From Candidatus Heimdallarchaeota archaeon (GTDB lineage Archaea > Asgardarchaeota > Heimdallarchaeia > Hodarchaeales > Hodarchaeaceae), in the NCBI GenBank assembly GCA_019057635.1, contig DXJL01000010.1:1-29663 (forward strand): DNA of 29,663 bases. Direction: 5' to 3'. The position numbers and the translations under genes were made by a program. The notes below the pieces were generated by a model. It searched no databases, was not told the origin of the DNA, and was given only the letters and a program-made list of their open reading frames with translations. Below are positions 17,521 through 26,748 of the stretch, piece by piece. Position 1 is the stretch's first letter, and each line of letters opens with the position of its first letter.

Positions 17521-17729
17521 AGATACTCGAACACTTCTACCAAAACTAGTTTAGATAAGTATTCCCTTCCTAACCAAGATGTTTCCGTGACGAATATTGT
17601 AGAATTATGAATAATTAAACTTTTAACTATAATAATTCTTTTAACATATGCTGATTCTCGCAAAAAAATGCAATAAAAAAGGATAGAATTACACTGAACT
17701 ACGAAAAACGTTTTTGGGATCATTTTCAA

Positions 17730-18461
17730 TTGCTTTATGGCTTGCGACTAATGTTAGAAAAGTACCAAACCACCCAGGAGTTTTATTTGTTAGTTAGAAG
17801 CTTCTTCAAAAATGAATCAGATCTTCATATATCATATTCGCAGTTTACACGGTATTTAAGAGGAGAAACCAAACTAAGCTTAAAAAAGATGAAATATTTT
17901 CAGTCCTACCTACTGGAAAAAGTGGATATCGTAACTGATTTACTGATACCTAGAATTAGTATAGATATTCAGGCACAACCCATTCAAGTGGATTTAACAG
18001 AGCTATTAAGTACACCTACAACCCTTAATTTCCTTGCTTACTTTCTATGCTATAAAGAAAACTTGTTCAACAAATTTGACGTTATTTTAACTCATTCAGA
18101 AGCAGTACCTTTAGCAATTGGATTTTCCCAGACGCTGTATATACCTTGGTATACCATTTCGTATCGTCCTCCATCAGCCAGACCAGAACAAATATCCCAA
18201 TATCCCTATCTTATAGATCAAGAACTTGTTTCTACAGTATACTTCAATCAAAAAAGGCCTGGAATTAGGAATAAAAGAGTACTCATAATTAATGATTACG
18301 TACGTAAGGGAGGTTTACTTGATATTTTATTTCGAGTAGTGGAGGATAACTCTGGAGAAGTTTCCTATCTCCTCGCGCTCATTGGAATAGGGTCACTTTG
18401 GAAAAGCTTGTTTACTGAGCTTCATGGTCGTTTAAAGGTACTCTATTTTCTCTCTCAATGA
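17730..18461 (+). CDS. HTH + phosphoribosyltransferase-domain regulator (PurR-like)
   Basis: HTH ISYSQFTRYLRGE; PRT fold FDVILT..EAVPLA and KRVLIINDYVRKGG; divergent from the ECF operon. The frame is open upstream, so the true start may be earlier (e.g. CTG 17694). Confidence 0.72.
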   Translation: MLYGLRLMLEKYQTTQEFYLLVRSFFKNESDLHISYSQFTRYLRGETKLSLKKMKYFQSYLLEKVDIVTDLLIPRISIDIQAQPIQVDLTELLSTPTTLNFLAYFLCYKENLFNKFDVILTHSEAVPLAIGFSQTLYIPWYTISYRPPSARPEQISQYPYLIDQELVSTVYFNQKRPGIRNKRVLIINDYVRKGGLLDILFRVVEDNSGEVSYLLALIGIGSLWKSLFTELHGRLKVLYFLSQ

Positions 18462-18484
18462 TTAATTCTCTGGGGAAGATTTTC

Positions 18485-19864
18485 CTATTTCTTAGTTGGT
18501 CTTTTTCTGATTATAATCATTAAGAGCAATAGGCTAAACCAGGGGAAGATAAAAGGGACAATTCCAGGGCTTTCTTCATCTATAACCTCGATCCATACAC
18601 TTGATTGTACACTAAGTCCCTGTTCATCCGTTACAACACAGGTAATTTCCCAGTTACCTTTTGTTTGTGGAACAAATGTATATTGAATGAGTTCTTGGTT
18701 CCAATCTACCTGTTTAACAAGAGAATTATTTGTATATATCGAATATGAATCCTTAATCTGGGCCACTGCTCGCCATTTGATGATAATTGTCTGATCGTTC
18801 AATATTGTTTGATCTTCTGACTGTGGAAAAATTACAGGATCGGATATTGTTGGTAAATCTGATAAGTTAAGGGGTGAAGATCCAAAAAGCTTTTCAGCCC
18901 AATCTGAAAACAAATCCCCATCTGTATCGCTTATTAAGGGATGTGTTCCAAAGATATATTCCTCTATATTTGTCAACCCATCATCCTCAAGATCCTGTAA
19001 AGTATCATCACTTGTAGGATCCATTCCATACCGAAATTCATAATAATTCGGAAGTGAGTCGAGATCTGCATCATTGCGATCAAAACGGTATTTAGATGAA
19101 TTAATTATCGCAAAGTTGTGGTCATCAATGGGCATCTCACTGCTATTCCATCCATCAGAATGCATGGATGAAAGATTATCATACGACATAATACTCAATT
19201 CTGAGGAACCATACCATTCAGGGGGAATAACTCCCTCATCGTAATGTTCACCTCCAAAAATATGGCCGACCTCGTGTAATAGAATCAATTGCCTCGAAGT
19301 CCACATAAATAGGGGGTAGCCAGGTTGATTATGAGCAATGATCAAGGCATTACCGTTTACGGAATTTGCCCGATTGCGTCCTCCTCGGTAATCTTCTTGA
19401 TAAATAATTAGGAAGTCATACTTATTTCCATCCACCAATGGATCTTCTTGGGTATCGGCGAAATTCCATGATAAATATTCTGCGACTTTAATAATACTAG
19501 TATCTAATGAATCATTTTCACCTGGAATAAACGTTGTAATATTCAAAACATGGAAATTCATATTAAATCGCTTTTCAAAAGGAATCAGCCAATTATTAAA
19601 TACTGTTTGTGCATTTGTCTTATCAGAAAAGTACTTATCGGTTCCAATTAAATTATTGTCAACTGCAACTAAAATTGATATATTTCCATTTGGTGAATAC
19701 CGATTGTAGATTGAATCTATGATATCTACCTGGGTTTCCGATCTTTCATCTGATATTAAGGAATATTGTGTAGGTACACCTTCTGAAAATACAAACGTGT
19801 AGAAATTCAGGATCAAAAATAAGAAAAACACAGTAAAGCGGTAACGATTTATCATTTCAGTCAT
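18485..19864 (-). CDS. Cell-surface metzincin zinc metalloprotease (M12/reprolysin-like) with Asp-rich Ca-binding repeats, an Ig-like domain and a C-terminal membrane anchor
   Basis: Signal peptide; HEVGHIFGGEH; Met-turn SIMSY; repeats DADLDSLPN, DLEDDGLTN and DTDGDLFSD; C-terminal SPG + hydrophobic helix + RKRPTKK. Confidence 0.82.
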   Translation of the reverse strand: MTEMINRYRFTVFFLFLILNFYTFVFSEGVPTQYSLISDERSETQVDIIDSIYNRYSPNGNISILVAVDNNLIGTDKYFSDKTNAQTVFNNWLIPFEKRFNMNFHVLNITTFIPGENDSLDTSIIKVAEYLSWNFADTQEDPLVDGNKYDFLIIYQEDYRGGRNRANSVNGNALIIAHNQPGYPLFMWTSRQLILLHEVGHIFGGEHYDEGVIPPEWYGSSELSIMSYDNLSSMHSDGWNSSEMPIDDHNFAIINSSKYRFDRNDADLDSLPNYYEFRYGMDPTSDDTLQDLEDDGLTNIEEYIFGTHPLISDTDGDLFSDWAEKLFGSSPLNLSDLPTISDPVIFPQSEDQTILNDQTIIIKWRAVAQIKDSYSIYTNNSLVKQVDWNQELIQYTFVPQTKGNWEITCVVTDEQGLSVQSSVWIEVIDEESPGIVPFIFPWFSLLLLMIIIRKRPTKK

Positions 19865-20002
19865 TTAATACACATATCTTACCCTTAATAATAACAACGT
19901 TCTATGCAGAATTAGAACTAATATTCTTAAATATGAAACTCATTGGTTAGGTATTCTGCATGGGGGATTTTTTTTGACATATAATGACGTAAGGCTGTTC
20001 GA

Positions 20003-20704
20003 ATGACAACTGTTGCTATTATATCGGATATTCATGCTAATTTAAGTGCTTTTCGAGCCGTTCTTACAGATATTCACAAGCATAAAGTAAGCAGGATATA
20101 TTGTTTAGGCGACCTCGTCGGTTATTACACAGAACCCATCCCTACTATTCATCTTGCATTAGCTCGATGCGAAGTTGTCATCAAAGGAAATCATGATCAA
20201 GCTGCGGCATTAGGAGAAATTCCGATACATTATCGGAATGATTCTCTACCGTCAATAGAGCTTGCAACTCAAGGTTTAACTGTAAATGAGCGAAAAATAC
20301 TCCACGGATTACCATTGATGTATACTTTATATCTGGATAATCACAGAGCAATGATGATTCATGCTAGTCCCGAGTATCCATTAGATCAATATATTTATCC
20401 TGAAGATGAAGAAAATATCCAATCAACATTTGATTTTATGGAATTGATTGAAATAGATGTCTTATTCTTAGGCCACACCCATATCCCATTCTTAAAACAA
20501 CAGGACAGCCGTATTATTCTGAACCCTGGATCAGTAGGGCAACCACGTGATGGTGATAATCGTGCATCGTATGTTCTTTTTGATATGGAGTCTTTCAATA
20601 CTAAATTTATACGTGTAGCATATGACCCCACACAGGCAATTGCTGGGATAAAAAAGCATCACCTGCCGTTGGAACTCGCTAATCGCCTTCTAGCTGGGAA
20701 ATGA
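20003..20704 (+). CDS. Calcineurin-like metallophosphoesterase (YfcE/PPP-like)
   Basis: SDIHAN, LGDLVGY, KGNHD, IHASP, GHTH and NPGSVGQPRDG. Confidence 0.9.
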   Translation: MTTVAIISDIHANLSAFRAVLTDIHKHKVSRIYCLGDLVGYYTEPIPTIHLALARCEVVIKGNHDQAAALGEIPIHYRNDSLPSIELATQGLTVNERKILHGLPLMYTLYLDNHRAMMIHASPEYPLDQYIYPEDEENIQSTFDFMELIEIDVLFLGHTHIPFLKQQDSRIILNPGSVGQPRDGDNRASYVLFDMESFNTKFIRVAYDPTQAIAGIKKHHLPLELANRLLAGK

Positions 20705-21282
20705 TACTTATGATAAAATCTACAGAAAGTAAATCTCTGAAAGTAATTTTAATTGGTGATGGAGGCACTGGAAAGACATCTTTAGTTAATCGCTTCATTC
20801 ATAAGAAATTTTCCAGTATTTATAAAACGACAATTGGTGTTGATATTTCTCCATTTAACACTATGACTAAAAAAACTAAAAAACCAATTCGCTTCGTCTT
20901 ATGGGATATGTCTGGTCAAACACACTTTAAACGATTTCGTTCTCGTTTTTATTCAGGGACAAGCGGAGCTATAATCATCTATGATTTAACTAATGCTCAA
21001 ACCTACAGAAATGTACAGTCTTGGCTGAAAGAGTGTAAAGATAACGTTAGAAAGCAAATACCTATGATTATATTAGGGAATAAATCCGATTTAACAGAAC
21101 TTCGAGTTGAACTGCCTCGTTCAGAGTATCCGAACATTTCAACTTACGTGACATCAGCAAAAAGTGGAGATAATGTAGAAAAAGCGTTTTTCCAGTTATT
21201 TGAGGAGATCGCTGAGGAAGAGCTTGAAAAAGGGGACCAACCAGAGGTCAAAACAACTCACATTTCGTATGAGAATTCATGA
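20701..21282 (+). CDS. Rab-like small GTPase (Ras superfamily; eukaryotic signature protein)
   Basis: G1 GDGGTGKT, G2 YKTTIGVD, G3 WDMSGQ, G4 GNKSD, G5 TSAK. ATGA overlap with the upstream gene. Confidence 0.92.
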   Translation: MILMIKSTESKSLKVILIGDGGTGKTSLVNRFIHKKFSSIYKTTIGVDISPFNTMTKKTKKPIRFVLWDMSGQTHFKRFRSRFYSGTSGAIIIYDLTNAQTYRNVQSWLKECKDNVRKQIPMIILGNKSDLTELRVELPRSEYPNISTYVTSAKSGDNVEKAFFQLFEEIAEEELEKGDQPEVKTTHISYENS

Positions 21283-21330
21283 TTTCGGCAGCTACATTCA
21301 GGCCCCGTATTTTTTGAGGGATATTTTCAA

Positions 21331-22593
21331 TTGAATCAGGTAGTACAAAACGAAATTCCGCCTCGAATAAGCTTGATTGCAGCATTCATTATCCATGCTT
21401 CAGTGGAAATTCCCTACTTTATCTTTCCCGTTATATTATTATTAGTCGGTTCTGATCTGTTTCAAGATTCAAGTTCGATAGGATGGCTTGGATTAGGGAC
21501 AATAGGAACAGCTGGAACTCTTTCGGCAGCATTACCTTCGCCATTTTTCGGTAAGTTAGCTGATAATCGTCGTCGTGGTGTGATGATGACTTTGAGTTTA
21601 GTCTTAACAACAATCGGGACAATTATTATTGGATTCTGGGGAAAATTTTTCGTTATGATGCTCTGTGGAGTTGTATTCCTGGGATTAGGAGTATCATTGT
21701 ATCATCCTCCTGGGTTATCTTGGGTAACTACAGCGTATGAAGATCCCATCACACATTCGCTCAGTAGCAAATATAATCAAGTATTGGCACTTCATGGAAT
21801 CGGGGGTGGTTTAGGAGCATCTCTTGGACCTATATCGGTATATTTTTTGTTAGGAACTCTCACTTGGCAAGAACTCTATCTTTTCTGGACTATTCCATTG
21901 ATTATAATCACTATTGTTTTTTGGATATTTGTTGGACGCTATGAACCTGAAAATCATAGATCAGTGGCAAAAAAGGCATCCAAACTTGCTAATAATGGAG
22001 AAAAATTAGCAAAAAAGAATATTCAGAATTCTCATATTATATTACTTATAATTTTCACTTTTATGATCGCAATGTCACTTAACAGGGGCATGATATACTT
22101 TATATTATCTCCCTTTCTTTCAGAAGTAAAAGGAATAGAAATTACTGATGCTGCATTGTTTATTGGCATTTCAACATTGATAGGTTCAGCAGGACAGCTA
22201 TTAGGGGGATATTTTGGTGATAGACATGGAGAAGATAGGGTTCTTTCTTTTAGTGCGTTATTTACTGTGGTTATTTTGGTAATCATCTATTTTGCAGATA
22301 TGTTACCCATTCTATTTTTTGCATACATTTTTCATGGAATTGTCAATGCAATTTTCTGGCCTAGTACAAATAGTCTTGTAGCGAAGAATTCTAAAAATAA
22401 AGGTCAAGCATTTGGTCTAGTTATGTTGGTTGCAAACTTGGTTGGTGCGTTGGGACCTATTTTGGTGGGTATACTACGTGTTCTTGAACCTACAAGTTAT
22501 TTCCCAATCTTTCTCTTTGCTAGTCTGTTCTCAATTCTTGCATTGCTCTTCTTAATTTATTTAAGAAGAACTCAGAATAATCTAAAATACTAG
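21331..22593 (+). CDS. MFS transporter
   Basis: About 12 TM helices; motif A-like GKLADNRRRG and GYFGDRHG; SLYHPPG. Confidence 0.88.
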   Translation: MNQVVQNEIPPRISLIAAFIIHASVEIPYFIFPVILLLVGSDLFQDSSSIGWLGLGTIGTAGTLSAALPSPFFGKLADNRRRGVMMTLSLVLTTIGTIIIGFWGKFFVMMLCGVVFLGLGVSLYHPPGLSWVTTAYEDPITHSLSSKYNQVLALHGIGGGLGASLGPISVYFLLGTLTWQELYLFWTIPLIIITIVFWIFVGRYEPENHRSVAKKASKLANNGEKLAKKNIQNSHIILLIIFTFMIAMSLNRGMIYFILSPFLSEVKGIEITDAALFIGISTLIGSAGQLLGGYFGDRHGEDRVLSFSALFTVVILVIIYFADMLPILFFAYIFHGIVNAIFWPSTNSLVAKNSKNKGQAFGLVMLVANLVGALGPILVGILRVLEPTSYFPIFLFASLFSILALLFLIYLRRTQNNLKY

Positions 22594-22637
22594 AAATGGA
22601 AGTAGTGGCAATAGAGCTTCTGAAATCAGTTTTAGAT

Positions 22638-23546
22638 TCATGATGCTTCGAGGTGCGGGTGGATTACAACTATTAACATAGCTATAATTATCAAGAAAGA
22701 TCCTGTAAGGACCCACAATGAATATATCCTACCTAGAATAAAAAAATCTATAACAAACGGAACTAGAACCTGTAAAGGTAGTAATACCGAAGCTACATTG
22801 GCTGAAATTTCCTGTAATGCTCTGAAATAAGCAAAAAACGCGATCAGGGTAGAAAAAATTGTCAGTAATACAATCCATTGTATTCCCTCTCTTGGGACAG
22901 ATGGTAGATTACTGAATGTAAGTGATGCAAAAAGACTTGAAAGCGATATAATCAGTAGGACGGAGAAAAATAGAGTAAAAGTATCAACGTTTGGTTTTTC
23001 TATGGTCGTCAATCTTGAGGTTGATATGATGTAAAATGCATAACCAACAGCTGCACCAAGAAGTAGGATAATGCCTAGAATCGAACTACCTGTTAAATTA
23101 ATCATATTCCCCTCACTTGAAATGAAAATTACTCCAATAAATGCAACAGACATGGCGACTAAGTGATTTTTTGCCAATTTCTCATTTAGTATGAAGGGTG
23201 AAATAAAAGGGACAATGACTATGAAACTTAATGACAGTAATGCGGCTAATCCTGCTGCCACATCACGTTCTTGACCTAAATATTGTAAAATCAATCCCAG
23301 GGATTCAGAAATTCCAATTACCCATGTCCATTTATTTTTTATTAATTCAAGAAATTCTGAGGCGCGGAAGAGAATAACCAGAGGAGTTAATGTAATGGTT
23401 GCGAGTCCGAATCGAAAAAACAGAAAAGGGACGGGTGCAATGAATTCCAAACCAAATTCAATGAAAGTGGTAGATAATCCCCAACCAAGAATTGCAATTG
23501 CCATTGCACCGTACGATATTGTTGAAGGTCTACTCACTAATTCCAC
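22638..23546 (-). CDS. DMT/EamA family transporter
   Basis: Ten hydrophobic helices in two repeats (LGWG, PFLFFRF, FILNEK, TLIAFFAYFRAL). Confidence 0.88.
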   Translation of the reverse strand: MELVSRPSTISYGAMAIAILGWGLSTTFIEFGLEFIAPVPFLFFRFGLATITLTPLVILFRASEFLELIKNKWTWVIGISESLGLILQYLGQERDVAAGLAALLSLSFIVIVPFISPFILNEKLAKNHLVAMSVAFIGVIFISSEGNMINLTGSSILGIILLLGAAVGYAFYIISTSRLTTIEKPNVDTFTLFFSVLLIISLSSLFASLTFSNLPSVPREGIQWIVLLTIFSTLIAFFAYFRALQEISANVASVLLPLQVLVPFVIDFFILGRIYSLWVLTGSFLIIIAMLIVVIHPHLEAS

Positions 23547-23858
23547 ACTCTTTTATCAACATACAACTAAATGATGCTTTTTGTTGCCTACGGAACTAAA
23601 GAATACCCAACATAAATACGTATCTCCTAGTTTGCATATACCGATAAATATATTGAAAGGTTTATTTCAAGCGTAAGTCCATCTAGGTCAGTTCTACAAC
23701 ATTTTCTAAACGACGTCAAACGACACTTTTACGAAGTTCATTTCTTCGTGATAATCGAAAGATTCACAAATTTCTCAGTTTTGTCAATTTTATACACCCT
23801 TAAGAATTATTGAAAGTTTCATTAATTCCAACCGAATCGACTTAGAATGAAGCTTAAT

Positions 23859-23876
23859 CGAACAAAACTTTATAAA
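23859..23876 (+). promoter_or_regulatory. Candidate archaeal BRE/TATA promoter of the DRG GTPase gene
   Basis: A-rich CGAACAAAAC directly followed by TTTATAAA (23869-23876), 56 nt upstream of ATG 23933. Confidence 0.5.
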
Positions 23877-23932
23877 ATTCTCAATACGCAGATTTAGTTA
23901 CATATTTCTGGTTAAACCAAGCTGATTTCCCT

Positions 23933-25051
23933 ATGTCTGAAAAAATCGAAGAAAGGATTGCCGAGAAAGAAGCCGAGATGGCTAAAATGCAATATAATAA
24001 GGCGACTCAGGCACATTTTGGGACTCTTAAGGCTCAAATTGCACAACTTCGATCCGAAATTCTCGATCGTGCTATGAAATCGAAGAGAAAGGGGTCAGGA
24101 TTTGCGATTAAGAAGCATGGTGACGCAACGGTTATCCTCTTGGGCTTCCCATCCGTAGGTAAGTCTACTTTACTTAATGCCATTACTAATAAGGATAGTA
24201 AGGTCGCTGCTTATGATTTTACTACTATTGATGCTATTCCTGGTATGATGGAATATGAAGGAAAATATAAAGGCGCACGGATTCAAGTCATTGATCTACC
24301 TGGAATTATTGAGGGTGGGGCATCAGGCAAAGGACGTGGCCGTGAAGTCTTCGCTGCAGTACGAAATGCTAACCTTATTGTCATCCTTCTTGACGTTCGC
24401 CGTCCTGATCATCTTACCAAAATATTTGAAGAACTCTGGAAAGCAAATATCCGTTTAGATCAATCTTCTTCAAGGATCAGAATTATTCGCCGCAATTATG
24501 GTGGGATTAACATTTCGGGTTTCAGATATGGTTTATCGGATGAGGAAATTGCGAATATTTTCCGTACTTATCGAATCATCAATGCTGATGTTTACTTACC
24601 AAATGATCCTAATTTAACTATTGATCAGATCATTGATGCAGTAGCTGATAACCGTAGATACATTCCTTCGTTGATTGTTGTCAATAAGATGGATTTGGCT
24701 AATGAAGGAACATTAAATCGTCTTGAAAAACAAATTGGAAGAAAAATTGTTCCAATATCAGCTGAATTAGGACATGGTATTGATGAGCTTAAGGAGATAA
24801 TTGTCGAGAAAGTTAGACTCATGCGGATTTTCATGCGTAAACCTGGAGAAAAGGCCGATTTTGATGAACCGATGATTGTTCCAACGGATTCAACGGTTGA
24901 AGATATCTGTATTAAGCTTCACCGTCGTTTCAAAAACGATTTTCGTTTTGCCAATATTTGGGGTAGTTCAGCTAAGTTTCCTGGCCAGAAAGTAGGTCTA
25001 CGTCATGTTCTTAGAGACGCAGATATTGTTCGAATAGTTCTTGAAAAATAA
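23933..25051 (+). CDS. drg: DRG-family (Obg superfamily) GTPase with TGS domain
   Basis: NKATQAHFGTLKAQIA, GFPSVGKST, AAYDFTT, DLPGIIEG..GKGRG, NKMD; TGS end WGSSAKFPGQKVGL.HVL.D.DIV. Confidence 0.93.
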   Translation: MSEKIEERIAEKEAEMAKMQYNKATQAHFGTLKAQIAQLRSEILDRAMKSKRKGSGFAIKKHGDATVILLGFPSVGKSTLLNAITNKDSKVAAYDFTTIDAIPGMMEYEGKYKGARIQVIDLPGIIEGGASGKGRGREVFAAVRNANLIVILLDVRRPDHLTKIFEELWKANIRLDQSSSRIRIIRRNYGGINISGFRYGLSDEEIANIFRTYRIINADVYLPNDPNLTIDQIIDAVADNRRYIPSLIVVNKMDLANEGTLNRLEKQIGRKIVPISAELGHGIDELKEIIVEKVRLMRIFMRKPGEKADFDEPMIVPTDSTVEDICIKLHRRFKNDFRFANIWGSSAKFPGQKVGLRHVLRDADIVRIVLEK

Positions 25052-25087
25052 ACCTGAATGTACTTATAAAAATCGTGAAAATGCTGA

Positions 25088-26557
25088 TCATAAACCTACA
25101 ATTTCACAATGTCGCTTCTTTAAATCACGAATCCATTTTTGTAATTCACGTCGATCTTCTCGTTCATTCCATATAGGATTCCCACGAAGATCGATCATTT
25201 TGAGGTTTTGAAGATCTTTAAGGGAAGAAGGAAGTGAAATAAGATCATTGTCTTTCAAGATAAGAATTTCAAGTTTTCTTAAATTTCCTAACGATTTAGG
25301 AACTCGTTTAAGATTATTCGTTTGTAGATCTAATATTTTTAATTCTGTTAAACTTCTAATCCCGCTATCAAGTGTATCGAGCATATTATCTTCTAAATTG
25401 AGTCCTTGTAAGGACACCAAGGTAAATAATTCTAGTGGAAGTTGACTAAAACGATTATGAGATAAATTTATTATTTCAATAGCATTTAAACCCTGAATGG
25501 AACGTGGTAAAGTTGAAAGGCCTAGGTTTCCTAATCCTAAAGCTTTAATTCTCTCGAACGAAGAATAAAATCCAAATTTAAAATTCTTTAATTGTTCTAA
25601 ATTTAATATATTGACAGCTGTTTCTGAATGCGTTATTTGTTTATCAATTAATCGTTCTATCTCTTCTAAGAATTCCACTTCACTTGGGGATAAGACAATA
25701 TTTAGGTATTCACCGACTTTAGGAGCATCGAATACTTCACAACCATTGCTTACTAAATTATCTATCCAACGCTGTAATTTTCGACTACGAGGCTGATGAT
25801 TCCAACAAGGATTATTCTGCAAATTTAATTTCTTTAGTTGTAGGTTAGTGAGAGAAATAGGAATTTTCTTTAGTCGATTATCGTTCAAAATTAGGGTAGT
25901 AAGAGGGGGAATATCACCCAGAGTAGCAGGTAATTCTCTTAATTGATTATAGCTTAGATCAAGTTCTTGCAAGAGCTTTAGACTACTCAAGTTAGGTAAT
26001 TTATCAATTCTGTTCTCTCGTAAAAATAACTTTTCTAACTCGATTAATTCTCCAATCTCAACAGGAACTCGCCTTATCTCATGTTTGAAAAGGCTTAAAC
26101 CAACGATACGCTGATTTTTGACAATGAATCCAGAATTTGTTTGGATAAGATCTTCATTTTCTATTAAAGGAATCTCTTTGGCAACTATTTCTTGCAGCAG
26201 CCAGACAATTTCTAAATCCCTTTGATCAATCTCAATATTATATGAAGGAAATGTGACCGATTCAGAAGAAATTTCCAGATTTTCTTGAGTTAAACTGAAT
26301 TCTGAATAACTTGTTGTATCCTCACTATTCCCCTCAGAATCCACTACTCTTTTATCTTCCGCAAGATATTGTAAGCTCGTTGTAAGAAAAAATGGAGATA
26401 ATTTTCCTTCGCAAAAAACGCAGGTTGTAACACCAACTGTTCGTGCATCCTCTAGTGCTGAATCACAGTAGAAACGAGCACATTGGTTACACTGATGTCT
26501 TGATTTTAGGGCATTATGACTGGTCTCGCAAAGGCCACAATAATACTTCTTTGCCAT
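25088..26557 (-). CDS. Leucine-rich repeat protein with N-terminal Cys-rich zinc finger and two LRR modules
   Basis: CGLC...RHQCNQC..FYC...CVFC, then LxxLxLxxNxLxxLP repeats in two blocks, each ending NP.W...LQ.WI..L....CE. Confidence 0.88.
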   Translation of the reverse strand: MAKKYYCGLCETSHNALKSRHQCNQCARFYCDSALEDARTVGVTTCVFCEGKLSPFFLTTSLQYLAEDKRVVDSEGNSEDTTSYSEFSLTQENLEISSESVTFPSYNIEIDQRDLEIVWLLQEIVAKEIPLIENEDLIQTNSGFIVKNQRIVGLSLFKHEIRRVPVEIGELIELEKLFLRENRIDKLPNLSSLKLLQELDLSYNQLRELPATLGDIPPLTTLILNDNRLKKIPISLTNLQLKKLNLQNNPCWNHQPRSRKLQRWIDNLVSNGCEVFDAPKVGEYLNIVLSPSEVEFLEEIERLIDKQITHSETAVNILNLEQLKNFKFGFYSSFERIKALGLGNLGLSTLPRSIQGLNAIEIINLSHNRFSQLPLELFTLVSLQGLNLEDNMLDTLDSGIRSLTELKILDLQTNNLKRVPKSLGNLRKLEILILKDNDLISLPSSLKDLQNLKMIDLRGNPIWNEREDRRELQKWIRDLKKRHCEIVGL

Positions 26558-26748
26558 TCCTGAACAACCTAATTCCCTTTATGGAATTTTGATTCGGGAT
26601 GTGATCAATTTTGGAAGTTTTTTTGAATTAGATTCAGTTTCTGACCATAAGATTCTGTTTAATGAGAGCGGTTTCTCATTTCTAACTCTACGATGTAACT
26701 TCACTCTTCAGTACTAGTAATTCTGATCTTATTTCTTAAATCCATCTT

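Noticed and set aside
17517-17729. 70-aa minus-strand ORF between the ECF S gene and the regulator
   Set aside because: It occupies the divergent promoter region and has no motif or RBS.
26661-26680. Hairpin AATGAGAG-CGGT-TTCTCATT downstream of the dCache pair as a terminator
   Set aside because: Short stem, no U-tract on the transcribed (minus) strand; too weak to call.
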